DNA of 51,340 bases, counting the filler, from Basidioascus undulatus (taxonomy: Eukaryota), in the NCBI GenBank assembly GCA_000826855.1. It is 3 parts of 3 records of this genome, joined end to end, with 100 filler letters (N's around TTAATTAATTAA, not from the genome) between each part and the next. Parts side by side here need not be neighbours in the genome. Positions count along the whole stretch, not along the records: positions 1 to 17,070 come from JTLS01000550.1; 2 more parts are not named here. The stretch is one strand, 5' to 3'. Every line of letters begins with the position of its first letter. Position 1 is the stretch's first letter. Shown one piece after another: positions 1 through 13,365 of the stretch. Both the position numbers and the translations under genes were made by a program. The notes below the pieces were generated by a model that saw only the letters and a program-made list of their open reading frames with translations, ran no database searches and was not told where the DNA came from.

Positions 1-41
1 TCTTCTCTTCCCCCGCCCCAGCTGACCCCAGGCCGACGCAG

Positions 42-1453
42 CTCTCCGCCGGCGGCTCGCTCGTGCACCCCGAGATCCCCGCGATCCTCATCACGCCCAT
101 CTGCCCACACACGCTCTCCTTCCGCCCCATGCTCCTCCCCGATAGCATGGAGCTGCGCGTGTGCGTGCCGTACAACAGCCGGAGCACGGCGTGGGCGAGC
201 TTCGATGGACGGGGGAGGGTCGAGCTCAAACGTGCATTGCGCTCCGCGAGGGGTCGAGGAGTTGGGATAGTCGAGAAGGCTGACTTGACTGAGGGACGGG
301 GTGGCAGAGGGAGACCACATCAAGGTCACCGCGAGTAAGTACCCGTTCCCGACGGTATGCGCGGACAAGCAGTCTACGGACTGGTTCCACTCGCTATCGA
401 GGACGCTGCACTGGAACGAGCGGGGTAAGTTAGCCTGCGTTGCCTCGTCGACCCCATTCCCACAGCAATGCACGGGTGACACCCGATGTGACGCCTGCAG
501 CGCGCCAGAAGAGTTTCGTCGTTGTCGAGGAGGGCCGGCAGCAGCCGGGCAGCGGCGGCCGTGGCAAGGAGGGGAGCAGCCGCGCACGGAGCGAGAGCCG
601 GAGCCGGAGTGCGCGAGTCGCAAGCCGGAGCCGCGAGCGCGAGCGTTCGAAGACTCGGGCGCCGGAGATCATGGACACGACCGCGGCGCAGAAACGCGCG
701 TTCAGAGAGGGCGGGGAGAGGCGAGAGGAGCCGGTGGAAGAGGAAGACGCGGAGGATGAGGAGGATGAGGATTACGACAGTAAGTCGTTGCTGGTCAAGG
801 AGCAGGGTGGGTCGAAAGAGGGCGGGAGGCTGATATGCTGCGTTGGCGGAATGACAGTCGACGACACCAGCAACGTCTCTTCTTCTGAGAAGTCCACATC
901 ACCGCACATGCCGCCCTCCAACGAGACCTACAGCCCCACCGGCCCCCCGCAGTCTGGCTCGACGCCCCCGTCCCTGCTCTCCGCCTCCCTTTCTAAGAAG
1001 CTCGAGTCCCTCTCCCTCCCGCCTGCACACGGCAGCGCACCCCCGACCTCCCCGCAGTCCGCAACCTCGAACGGCCTCGCGTCGCCCTCGCGCTTCGCGC
1101 CCGACACGCACCAGCCGCGCCCGCGACGGCTGAGCGCGCGCCACCGGTACGACGGGCAAGATGGCAGCTGGGACGACATGCACGACCAGCACGCGCGCCG
1201 CGCGAGCGGGAGCCTCATCCCCACTGACCGGGAGGCGAGTGCGAGCACGCCGAGGCCCGGCGCGAGGAGGAGGTTGCCGGAGGAAGAGGAAGAGGAGGAG
1301 GAGAAGGAGGAGGAGGAGGAGGGAGGGGTGAATGATGGGGACGAGGCGGTGGGCGGGTCGGTGGACACCGCCGGGATGGAGGAGCCCAGAGCGTTCGCGG
1401 TCTGGGGCCAGGACGAGAGCGAGAGCGAGGCGAGCGACGCGGGCACGTCGTGA
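42..1453 (+). CDS. NAD(H) kinase (Utr1/Yef1-like), 3' part; 5' end lies outside the window
   Basis: The spliced frame reads [29 protein letters not shown]...[30 protein letters not shown]...[14 protein letters not shown], which are the NAD kinase C-terminal motifs. GT-AG introns at 232-307, 425-500 and 780-857; stop TGA at 1451-1453. Confidence 0.93.
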
Positions 1454-2084
1454 ACCTTCATCGGCTCGTCCTGCTTTCGCTCTGTCGTCTTTCTCATCTC
1501 CTCTCCATCGATCCGGTTCACCTCCCCTTCTCAGAGAGAGCAGGAGAGAGAGCAAGGATGTTGTAGTTGTCCTTCTTGAAGAGCCTCCCGTCCCATAGTC
1601 CATAGACTCCTGATCATCTCGACCGTCCCACATGCTGCATTTTCTTTTTCGCTCCTCATTCCCCTTCTTGGACCGGGTTGGGTTGGGTCCCATCTGGGTT
1701 CTTGGTTTTGGGCAACTCGCATATCGCACGCACACTCCACACACATCTCATTATGCACACTTTAAACGTTCCGCCCGTGTGACACTACAGTGACTGCTGA
1801 GTAGCCAAGTCGCTGCTGTTTTTCGCGCTTGCGCTGGGATTTCACACTGCTGAAGTCTTTTCATTCACGACCATTCATCATTGCTTGCGGCATCGTCGAA
1901 TACAGTGCAAAGTTTCACAGAAGGCTGTTGCCTTTTTTACACGTGACGTCAACGTTGCTGTCAAAGTCATTTGGACGCGTCCTCGTTACGCGGCTTGCTC
2001 CCGAACTCGACTCCTCTTAAACCTCGCCTTCTTGAGCTTCCTTTCCTTCAAATATTACACTTTCCACTTGAGCATACAACAGCC

Positions 2085-2916
2085 ATGAAAGACGCGACGT
2101 TCGCAGTCCCATCCGTAGCTACGTTCACCCTCAAGCGACCACCGCGCGCCACCTCGAGCTCGCACGGAAGTGCGTACAACTTACCGGTTCCTGCGAGGGG
2201 CGAGGACGTGCGAGACGCGGCGGAATCGAGTGCGTACGGTGTATAATGACTATGTGGGAATGGGTACTAACGAGGTGTATGAGGATTCGCAGGCAAGGTG
2301 GTCTTCCCGGTCGACGAGGAGGAACGGAGTGGCTGGAAGGGGAAGAACGGGAAGGTGAGTGCCTTAATTCGCTCGAGTTATCGATATATGAAAAAGTACT
2401 TACGAAGAGGCTGCTTTCGCGCTGGACAGGCGCCGAGTGCCTACCAATGGGCGGTGTTCGACGCGCTGTGCACCATCCCGCTCGGACGCGTGATGACATA
2501 CGACGGGCTCACAAAGCTCGTCGGGCAGGGCTCATCTCGTTCGGGCAAGTCTTTCTTATTCCTCGTACTTGTTTCTGCTGCAGTGCTCTTGCTCACCCCT
2601 TATGACAACGTCAGTCGGCGGCGCGCTTAAAGCGAATCCGTTCTCCCCGCGCGTCCCCTGCCACCGCGTCCTCAAGTCCGACCTGTCCCCAGGCGGGTTC
2701 TTCGGCGAGACGGACCTGCACGGGTCGGAGCTGGCAAGAAAATTGAACCTTCTGGCGCAGGAGGGGGTCGGGTTCATGGAGGTGCAGGGCAAGGGAACAG
2801 GGAAGGCGGGGAATGGGAAGGTCCGATTGAGGGAGAGTTGGAGGGTGTGGAAAATGCCTACCGCGGAGCAGGAGAAGAGTGGGACTGTTGAGGAGGAGGG
2901 GAAAAGTGTTACCTAG
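2085..2916 (+). CDS. MGT1: O6-methylguanine-DNA methyltransferase (alkyltransferase)
   Basis: Exons give YQWAVFDALCTIPLGRVMTYDGLTKLVGQGSSRSVGGALKANPFSPRVPCHRVL, with the intact active-site PCHRV. The start ATG at 2085 is inferred. Confidence 0.9.
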
Positions 2917-3274
2917 CGGCCAGGGGATGATGGGGTGGCATGCGATATCTAGGATCACCTTCGCTTGGCTTGTTTCGTCCATGTCCAGTCCGTTACAGAG
3001 AAGTTTGAACAGCTTGCCAGGTTGCTGAATTTTCAGAAAATGTAATCGTCTCAATGCAACGGTCCTTCAGTTCAGGGCCAAAAAGCCCGCTGTACGGAAA
3101 CTCTGCGTCAAGTCGCGTCCTTGCTAATCAAACGGGGTTTCAAGATTTTGTATACATTGTAGAGAACAGGGATACAACAGTGTACAAAGTTTAAAAAAAA
3201 AAACAGCCAATGTACATGCATAGACGAAACGGACAGGCGGACGGTGTGAGCAGCCGCGCGACCAGCACTCTAGT

Positions 3275-4646
3275 TTAGAAAGAAAAGGGCCACGATGTCG
3301 AGAAGTCCTCGACTTTCCCCTCCACACCATCCGCGCCCGCCGACTGCGCGGATTTCAGGGACTGCACGTCGGAAGCCTGCGCATGCCTTGTCGACGTCGC
3401 AGCGCCATCGGGCAAGGGGTTCCATACGACATCCGTGTCTACAGACGTTGTCGATAAGAGGGGCAGATTTTGACTGTGGCCTACCATCCCTGGCTGCAGA
3501 TGCTGGCCGGCGTGCACGGAAGAGTAGTCATACAGCGTAGGCGAAGCGAAGTGCCGAGGCACGACCTTGCGGGGGTCATAGTACTCCCTGGACGGCACAC
3601 TGTGGGTGACGCACGAAATGTCGATGTCAAGGTTTAGAAGGTGTGAACACGAGAACGTGAAAGAGCAGGGCAACGTACTTCGTGCTGCCTTGTACGGCGG
3701 TACCATTTGCGTACGCGGCATACTCGCCATACGAGGAGGGCGTCCATGGAGGGGGATAGGTTTGGGTCGAACGCGGGTATGGGGCAGCGGCGAAAGCGTG
3801 CCAGCGCATGCCGTGCCCCTCGCTACCCACTGGAGTGCGGGCGGGGCTTGTAATGTTGAGGCGAGTGGGGCTGTAGAAGATGGTCGGGCTGGAGAAAGAC
3901 GTGGATGACGAAGACGACGACTGTGGCTCGCCCTGCGGTTTCGGCGGCTTCTCCTTGCGAGGCCGCTTGCCAGGCCCTCGAGTCTTGCGCTCGGCTGCGT
4001 AGACGCAATCTATCTTGTACAACTTGCAGCGCCGACAGCCGTTGCGATCGCCATTGCACTGAGGGGATACGCGTGATGATGGAACGTCAGCTGGAAAGCA
4101 GGTGGCCGCATAACACGGAAGCCTAGAAACCTTGGCCTTCCGTCCCCGGCACGGTTCACATGCCTGAGTGCCATGTCGAACGACTTCAGAACGAGACCAG
4201 CGACGAAATGGGGGTACTTAGGGAAGTGTCATGCGTACCTGGGAGACCCGCTGCCCCTTCTTGTGTGTCGTGTGACGGACGAAGAACGACGTGCCCGGCA
4301 AGCCGTTAACGTCCTCACTTGCGGAACCCCACAAGAAAGCCTCCTCCTGGCCAGCTCCAGAAATAGCATCTCCGGCGTGCATACCCAACTCAGGCTTCTC
4401 GGGGCTGGTTTGTAGGACGACCGGCGAGACCGACGGTTCGCTGTGACTACAACGCTCGGGCGGCGATGCAATGTACGCCGCGTTGGAACCAAAGTCGGGT
4501 GTCGCTACCTCCCTGCTAGCCGCAAGGGGAGAGGGCCATGGGAGGGGCATGGGAGAAAGACTCTTCCCCGGTGACGGTAGGAGATCCAGAGCACTGCTGA
4601 TCTCGGGGGGACGTAGCTGCCCTGAGCTTGCTTGGTCGTCGAACAT
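3275..4646 (-). CDS. Zn(II)2Cys6 binuclear-cluster transcription factor
   Basis: Splicing exons 4646-4239, 4163-4131 and 4058 onward gives RVSQ-ACEPCRGRKAK-CNGDRNGCRRCKLYKIDCVY (C-x2-C-x6-C-x6-C-x2-C-x6-C), followed by the basic stretch RKTRGPGKRPRK. The last exon is inferred to end at the TAA at 3275-3277. Confidence 0.88.
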
Positions 4647-6136
4647 GGCTCTAGAGTCAAGGTACGGAGTGAGGGAGGAGTGGTCTGTTCAAGGACCTGG
4701 AGTCCTCAGAAACAGATAGCGACGCCTGCATGCGATGGGAGCGAGCAGTTGACCGATCAGAAGGTCAGGGCCTCGGGATGCTGATTCAGTCTGAGATATG
4801 GATGCAAACGAGAACGACGAATCCAACGTCATTTGAAGGCACTTAGGCAAGCAGGGACGGCAGTTTCAGTCTCCCATATCAGCGCTTACGCTAGGCCTGA
4901 AACTAGAGGGCTCTTATGTGTCCGCGGCACATGAAAGCTGGTCGCTTCTCCCAGTATGATTCCGCCCGAACTTCGACTGTAGAGATGTTCTGATTTCACC
5001 ATTGAAGTTTCGATCCAGACGCAGCTGATAACAACAATGGTATCTGCTGCGCTGTGTAAGTCCCAGTGGGCAGTCCACTTTGCAGCCGTCACACAGCGAG
5101 GATTGGGACAGACGGCGTTCAAGACGGTGGATACAACCGGACACTGGCCAGTTTCGTTTACGGCTCGAACAGCTCGAAAGTTGGACCTTGTCCGAGTGAG
5201 GTCTCGTGGAGTATTCTTATTCATTTCATCTTAGTCGACAAGAGCCTGACATGACACGGATAGGGTGGCGGCTTGTTCCGACCAAGGGTCGCAAAGCGCA
5301 GTCCCCCTGCAAAGGAGACCTTCAGCGTCTCTCCAAGCGGGTTGCGCTTGGAGAGAGGTTGTTTGGCTTGGACCGCACATGTTTACAATGAACTTGGATT
5401 TGACCCCTGACACACTCTCATAATTGACTTGGGTGTGGCTGCCATCCCACCGCATCGTTGCCTGTGACGGGTCCAGCAGTCCGGCCTTCTGAAGCCTGGG
5501 TGCCTGCTGAGGGAGGAAATCCAGTGCAATAGCTAGGAACCAATGACTAAAGAAGCTAAGAATGACCAGCGCGCCAGCTACGCTATTGCAAGCGACCTTT
5601 TCCTTAAACGAAAGGGGAGCGGTCGTTGAAACTGAAATACTTTCCAGGCACGCGTCAAGCTCAGCCCGCTTGCAGTGGCTACCCATACATATCATCAGTA
5701 ATACTGTTCCGTCTCTATTTTACTCTTTTCTGATAAGTACACAGTGCTCAGGTGCAAAAGCTGTGCAGCAACAAATGCTGCTCATCGACAACTACTTAAT
5801 ACCGCAACTGAGCGGAATCACTGGAGGTCCCCGCCGCATTCAGGCACTTGTCGGTGCAGCAAGGTGCTACACGTAGTGAAATGCTACTTCTTCAGCTCCA
5901 CAAAGCCATGAAATGAGTGCGTTGCAAAGCACTCAAGGAGTCGAATCATCGCAAGCGCCTGCCGCCAACGACTGCCGCTCATTGCTCCCGGTCCATGGCC
6001 CGGTCCATGAGGCGTCCCTGGGCTCCGAGCTCCGGGTGCCGGTCCCTCCCCATCCCACCGTCTTCTTTGTTCACCTCTCTTCCTCCATCTCTCCTTGCCT
6101 TCCTTTTCAGCATCTCTTTCACAGGCACCATTGACC

Positions 6137-7746
6137 ATGGAGGCACTCCAGCGCGCCCTCCCGCCTCAACTGGTGAGCTTCCTGCAGGCAGTCCCGAACT
6201 TCGGGCCCGCTTTGCCCTTCGTGCCCAAGTCGATTGTGCGTCTACGTCCTCGACCGCTACTATCCTACGCCTCTACTGACTGGGAAGGCACGCAGAAATT
6301 CGTCCTCCTCGCCCTCATTGTCTACAACTGGAAGTCTTTCCCTCTCCTCTGGCATTGTGAGTTCCGTTTCTGTTCATCCGGATACTTGCGCAGGAGGTGA
6401 CGTGGCTCTATTGGTACACAGTCCGAGTGCTCGGCCCGGCATATCTCATCGCGTTCAAGGAGCGCCTGAGGCCCGGCAGCCAGAACCTTCAGGTTGGGAT
6501 TGATCCGTTCAAGACCGTTATTTCGCAGAAGTTCCATGCTGGCCCGGATGGTGCGTGTTCTTCTGAGCTCCGTGTTGTGCATACAGGCTGGGTACTGACT
6601 CCTGGGCGGTCGTGCAGACTGCGACTGTAAGTAATCATATTTGGGACCTCGGAATGGACAGTGTTAAGCGGGTTGAGCTGAGGTGGTTACCTTATTGTGG
6701 TGCAGGGAATGGCCATCTCTCCGTGAGCACGTTTGTCGCATGCAGCGTGGGGGCTGAACGCTAATCATCTCTTCCTCATGACGCGTAGAACTCCTGCTAT
6801 GCGAAGGTGCGAGACCTGCAGTCATTGAGTAGTGTATTACAAGTTATTATGCTAATGAAACATGCTTTCTCAGAACTCGGACGTGCCGCGTATGGCATTC
6901 TGGACGCGGCTCTTCGGGAATCTCTTCCGTGAGGAGCGCTCCTGGCAGGCGCTCGGCGGGGCGACGTACTACTACTACAAGGTAATGGCGCCGCTGGGGA
7001 GTACTGTGGAGGTCGTGATTGACGCGACTGCCTCCGCTTGCAGGAGATCAAGGCTGGCACGAACTACGAGATTCGCGTGTCTGTTGGTGGATGGGAGCAG
7101 GACAAGTGGGTGTGTCGAAGCGAGGCTGGTGCGTATGTACTGTCATCCATCGCTCACGTAAAATGCACACTCAGATCTACTACGTCACCAAGTTCGTTTC
7201 GAAGAAGCCGAAGGGCAAGGGCGGCAAGACCGACAAGCCCTCCGTCGCCGCTGTGTCGGCTGCGCTCGACGCTGCCCATACTGAAGGCGTGACGGCAGGT
7301 GGCCCTGCCGCGTCCACCGCACCCTCCGGCACTTCGACGCCCATCCCGTCCTTCGCCCTGAAGGACATCGCGGACGATGAAATCCTGCACTGTGTCTCGT
7401 GCGTTCGGCCTTCCCAGTCCTTTGCCAGGTCTATGTCCGCTCACTGCCTCCCTACTTTACCCCCAGCATCACCATGTACTGCTCCAAGATCGGCCGCATC
7501 ACGGTGCCCCCCTCGGTCGTGTTCGCCGCGACCGCAGTTGGCCCGCAGAACGGCTGCCACAACTGGGCCGTTACGCAGGCGCTCCGCAAGGAGCGCGCGA
7601 TGCGTGACTACCTCAAGGGTGGCTGGCGCGAGAAGTCGCTCGCGGTTGTAGGGTACAAGTGGGGCGAGTTCGACGCCATCAACGAGCGCAACATGAAGGT
7701 CCTCTCAAAGGTCGGGCAGTCGATGAGGGAGGCCTTGACGTTGTGA
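6137..7746 (+). CDS. HotDog-fold thioesterase-like protein (THEM6/4HBT_2-like)
   Basis: Spliced product contains NWKSFPLLWH...GPDDCDWNGHLSNSCYAKNSDVPRM...LGGATYYYYKEIKAGTNYEIRVSVGGWEQDKWIYYVTKF, matching the D-x-x-x-H-x-S-N-S-x-Y thioesterase motif. Confidence 0.8.
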
Positions 7747-8230
7747 GGGCGGTGAGGGCGAGGGGAGGAGTATAGACTAGAGTGGTTCTGGGCGTCACAT
7801 CATAGAACTTCATTCTTGTGGAACAGCATCTTGACAACAGCGTGCTCGTTGGTGCTCGGCATGCTTAATACTCCCAACTACCGAAACTTGACTGTTGTAC
7901 TCAACAGATGATAGCAATGTTACGACTTTGCCATCGCTCGCAGCTGTACTTTGGAGTTGCAGCCATTTCATGTACCTCTCCAGGGAGGTGTTCGGCCATA
8001 AAGTGCGAATGGTCAATTCAGTCTGGTGCTTCAAAGCATAGACTGCAGCGCGACACAGCGGCAGCTGAAATCTCCCACGCCCCTTCCTGGCCAGCTCAAC
8101 TCGCGACTCGGCTTCCCTCAGTTGACCACCTACCTCGTTCTCGCTTTTACCTCTTTTACAGCCTTCGGGCACCCTTATATCCACAGTCCCTCAATTCCCT
8201 TAACGATCTTTCCTGGCCGAAATCGACCGA

Positions 8231-11200
8231 ATGTCGGCACCTCAGCTGCACCAGCGTGCCGGCAGAGGTGGCTATGGACGCGACGGCGCGTCCAACGTTT
8301 CGTTCGGCACCGCCGACTACGAGGCGGTCGACTTGAACGAACGCGAGCTGGAAAAGGTGGGTGGAGGTCTTCCACAATGGGTACAGGTGCGGCGGGGCGG
8401 GCCATGCCGGTGAGTCCCGAGAAACGCTGACAGACAGATTGGTTGGACCGACCGTGTGTTCAGCGCGCTGCGGGCGTCGCCGGTCGACCTCAGGACAGGT
8501 CCAGAGACGACAAGGTCGGCTTGATAGTCGGCTTGGTCCTCACCGCTCTCGCGTTCTGCGTCCGCTTCTACCGGATATCCCACCCGGACGAGGTTGTGTG
8601 CGTCTGGTTCGGTCCTGCAGCCGCCGCTTCCACACTGACCACGACCGGCTCGCATAGTTTCGATGAGGTTCACTTCGGCAAATTCGCTGCATACTACATC
8701 CTCCGAGAATACTACTTCGATGTCCACCCTCCGCTGGCCAAGATGCTCAATGGGCTATCGGGCTGGCTCGTTGGATTCGATGGGCACTTCGACGTACGAC
8801 GCAGACGTTCTGGCGTCCGTATAGTGGACGATTGAGCTGATAGAAATGGTGGGCATAGTTTGAGAACATCGGCGACAGCTATACCGCCGCTGGTGTCCCT
8901 TACGTCGGCATGCGTGCGCTGCCGGCGATCATGGGCGCGCTCACGATCCCCGTCATCTACGGCATCATGCGGGAGTCCGGCTACCCGGTCATCATCGCCG
9001 CGTTCTCCGCTGCCCTCATTCTCTTTGGTGGGTCTTACTTTATCGATGGTGATGCGCGTCGGGCTGCGGCAGCGAGCAGCTGTGCTCTTGAGGGACATCG
9101 GGTTGAACGGGTTAGAGGGGTTATGCAGCTGCGATACCCAATATGCTGTGAGACGGCTAATGAAAGACTATCCTCAGATAACGGTCATGTTGCTCAAACC
9201 CGCCTCATCCTCCTCGACGCGGCGCTTGTGCTCTTCATGACTCTTTCACTCTACGCCTACATCAGGTTCTACAAGCTGCGCCATCGGTACGTCCAGTTGG
9301 CAGCTGCGCATGGGGAACGACTGCGCTTATCCTGTTCTGCTCCTAATGCAGCGAGTTCACGATGGAGTGGTGGGGCTGGCAAGCCGCGACGGGCTTCTTC
9401 CTCGCTTGCACGCTCGGCTGCAAGATGGTCGGCCTGTTCACGTTCCTGACGGTCGGCACAGCCGTGGCGATCGACCTCTGGAAGATCCTCGATATTCGGC
9501 GGGGGCACACCATGGTGCGCTTCCAGGTCTCGCGTCTCGTGCGGCCCATGGTACTTACGGTTCATGAGGTCTTCAGTCTCATGTCGGTCGGCACGTCGGC
9601 GCTCGCGTCCTCACGCTCATTGTTCTCCCCGCGATCGTCTACCTCTCCTTCTTCTGGATCCATTTCAAGGTCCTCAAGTACTCGGGCACCGGCGATTCCT
9701 TTATGTCGCCCGCTTTCCAGGAGACGCTCGAGGGGAATCCGCTGCTGCTCAATAGTCAGGGTGCGCTCCAATTCAGCTCACATTTTCAACATGGCTTTCG
9801 AAGCTGACGCCCAAGATTCCAGAGATCCGCTACTACGACACCGTCACTATTCAGCACAAGGACACCAAGGTCTTCCTTCACTCTCATCTGGAACGCTACC
9901 CGCTGCGGTACGAAGACGGCCGCATCAGCAGTCAAGGTGCGGACGACGTGCCAAGCCTTCGATTGGTGCATTTTCTGACGATACGCATGATTCGCAGGTC
10001 AACAAGTTACCGGCTACCCGCACAACGACACTAACAACCACTGGACGATCGTCCCGACTAAGGAGCTCCCGGAGACCGGACGCGGTCGCGTCGTCCGCCA
10101 CAAAGATGTCGTCCAGCTCCTCCACGTCCAGTCGAACTCGCACCTGCTCACGCACGACGTCGCCTCGCCGCTGACGACGACGAACCAAGAGTTCACGACG
10201 TGGCCGGCGGGCGACGAGTCGCGCAAGAACGACACGCTCTTCCAGATCATGGTCACGGACGCGCACGAGGGCGAGCCGCTCAAGAGCAAGGCGGGCCACT
10301 TCCGCTTCGTCCACGTTTCGACGAAGGTGTCCATGTACACCTGGCCGAACACGCTTCCCGATTGGGCATTCAAGCAGCAGGAGATCAACGGCAACAAGAA
10401 CGCCCAGGAGCGCGCGGCGACGTGGTTCGTGGACGAGATCGTCGATGACGAGAGTGCGTCTGTTGTCCAGCTCTCTGTTCGCGGGATGCTGTCGCTGACC
10501 TGCATTGAGCCATAGCCCACCAAGATCCTCGCAACCGTACTGGCGTGGTCGAGGCGAGGGCTGTCCGCCATGTCAACTTCTTCAAGAAGTTCTTCGAGCT
10601 TGTGCATATTTTTGTCTTTGCGATAGAATTGCCACGCCCCGCGAAACGTACTTATGCGAGGGTGTCTGTGCACAGCAACTGGCGATGCTGCAGCACAACG
10701 CGGGCCTGACGGCGTCGCACCCGTACGCGAGCAACCCCATCGAGTGGCCGTTCATGCTCAAGGGCATCAGCTTCTGGACCAAGGGCGATGTCAAGGAGCA
10801 GATCTACATGATCGGCAACATCTTCGGCGGCTGGTCGTGCGTCATGGCGCTGTCGATCTTTGTCGGCATCTGGGGCGCGGACCATCTCGCTCGCCGTCGC
10901 GGGCAAGATCCCATTCCTGATCGTGCGTGTCCACATTCCAAGGGTGCTCGCCTCCGAGGCCTCCGAGTGACGACACCCGTTCGTCCAACAGCTGTCCGCA
11001 ACCGTCTTCACAACTCCGTCGGCTTCTTCATCGCCGCCTGGGCGTTCCATTACTTCCCCTTCTTCCTCATGTCCCGCCAACTCTTCATCCACCACTATCT
11101 TCCCGCTCAGGTGCGTCGCTTATCTCCCCTTGCCAATCGCGTGTGCTAACGTGGCGTGTCTTGGCCTGCGTAAAGGTCGCCAGCGCTCTTGTTGCGGGCG

Positions 11201-11521
11201 CGGTCGTCAACTTCATCGCGACCGAGTCCATCAACTACCCCGTCAGCGTGCTTGGCCCCAGCTCTCGCCTGCGGCCGCGCACCTACGCGAACATCGGCCG
11301 CCCTGCGACCATCGGCATCGCCGTCTTCATCGCCGCGATCATCAGCGTATTCATCTTCTTCTCGCCCCTCACTTACGGCACGCCTGGTCTCGAGGGCGAC
11401 CAGGTCCTCGCCCGCAAGCTCCTGTCGAGCTGGACGTTGCATGTGAGTCAGCGGCCCCCTGCCGGTCCCTTGAGCGTGTTTCTGATGCACATGGTGCGAC
11501 ATGCAGTTCTCTCCGAAGTGA
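8231..11521 (+). CDS. PMT4: Dolichyl-phosphate-mannose:protein O-mannosyltransferase (GT39), PMT4 subfamily
   Basis: [32 protein letters not shown] catalytic loop; MIR-domain segments ([28 protein letters not shown]); [31 protein letters not shown]. Many introns; last exon FSPK* with stop at 11519-11521. The subfamily assignment rests on the [13 protein letters not shown] loop. Confidence 0.92.
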
Positions 11522-12044
11522 TCTTTAGCTTGGGTTTCCGGACTATCTCTGGCTTGTTGTCGTAATCTACCCATCTCTCGCATGCATATCGCACTCGCAT
11601 CTCAGACCATCGCATATCAGGTGGCTTATCACAGTGAATATTGCATACGTTGCTAGGGGAGGGGACATCAGCATCTCTGGCATACTACTGCGGAATGAGA
11701 TGGCGAAGAGCCCATGGTGGTCAGCGGCAACGGCCCTGTCCGCGTTCCGCTCGCTCGCAGCTGGGAAAGGATGCTGTCCAACATTGTTGCAAGTTACTAT
11801 AACTAATTGCTTCAACTTGCATGTTCTGTGAAATTGAGAAGACCTAGAGGAGGAGGCGCGATGCCTGTACCAAACAGATGAAACCTTCTGGAAGGCTTCA
11901 CCTCCAGACGTCGTCAACTTTCTTTGCCTCTGAAGCTTGAGTTGCGATGACACCACGCTCTGCTGTCTCGCAGCACCTTGAAAATCGTCTACCGTAACCG
12001 TGTCTTTTCTGCATCGCGCACTGAGCTATCCCACCTCATCCTCC

Positions 12045-12894
12045 ATGCTCTCCGTGCTGTCTACGCTGTCCATCCTGTTTCTGTCGGGTATGCCTCCATT
12101 CATGCCAGTGGCCCCCACATTCAAGCAACCCCTCACTGGGACACCGCACCACGAACAGTATCGGCAATCGGCCTGGCAAACAGCACGGTCACCACTCCGG
12201 CACCAGGCAATTGGACTGAAGGCTACTCCACTGAAACGAGCAGCTCGGCGTACCCCACCAATGCGACGGCCATATCCTGGAGCAACGCTAGCTTGCCTTG
12301 TGAGTGTTCACACACGCGAATTGATAATGGTTACAAAATGGACACTCAAAACGCATTGACGCTTTGTACAGACACGACCTCACCCAGCGTCTCTTCTTAC
12401 TGGGTTTCAGCGAAGCCAACACGCACTCAGGCATTCCCTTCAACCTCTTTGAGAGTCCGGCATTCCACTTTTCGATTTTTCACGGCCAGGTCCGGCGATG
12501 TCTGATAAACCCCTATACACAGGCCTCTCTACTCTCGGAGACTGAGAAGCATACGAAACCAACGTTGCATCCCACTGTGCGTTTCATCCCAGTAACGCAT
12601 ATGGGGTGGAAGGTAGATGAAATTATTGCTTTTTCTCAGCCGCAACACACCAAGCCCTTCATATGCAGCACCGTCACCCAGGGCAGCTCTACGCTGTTGG
12701 TGGTTGCAGCGGAAGCCACAACGACAACAATCACCTTGGGGATTTGCGCTTGCGACACTACTAGATGGGCTCAACCGCTATCTACCAAGCCTGCCGATTC
12801 TGCTGCGACCGCTGGTGCAGAATACAGTCGCTCCGAGGGCGTGGGTGCAGGATGGGCTGCGGCAATCGCGCTTGGGGTTTTCGGTCTCGTTTGA
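12045..12894 (+). CDS. Putative secreted, GPI-anchored Ser/Thr-rich protein
   Basis: N-terminal hydrophobic MLSVLSTLSILFLS..VSA, a Ser/Thr-rich body with N-glycosylation sequons (NST, NWT, NAT, NAS) and a hydrophobic C-terminus GAGWAAAIALGVFGLV*; interrupted by GT-AG introns. Confidence 0.6.
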
Positions 12895-13365
12895 CAGTCT
12901 ACGATCTCGCGGCGGATGTGCATAGCAGCAGATTGTACCACGTGAAATTCCGCTCTGGACTTCGTCGTAGCACCCAAGATCTTCACGAGGAAGAGAAAAC
13001 ACATGAAGGGCGGTGTTGACAAGGCCCAGCATGTTAGGCTTGTCTTGGAAGGTTCCGAGTGCTCACCAGCTGGACTGTGTTTCCTTCCCGTCGTCGATTT
13101 GCATATATTTTGGAAGTGTTTCGGGAAGGCTCAGGCTCAAGTGCAGCTCCCGTGCTGTGCAATGCTGTGGCACTATCTTGGCCCCTTCTGAAAACAGTCT
13201 CCCTTCCCGCCACTGAACTGCGCGGGGAAGCAAAATAAATAAGGTGACTGCCTTCCCCTTTCTTCCTGTGCAACGATCCCTCCTCCTCGCGTCTGCTCTC
13301 CTGCAGCCGTATCATACACAACACCACCCACGCATTCCCTGCTCTTCTTTCCTCGCCTCCCGTCG

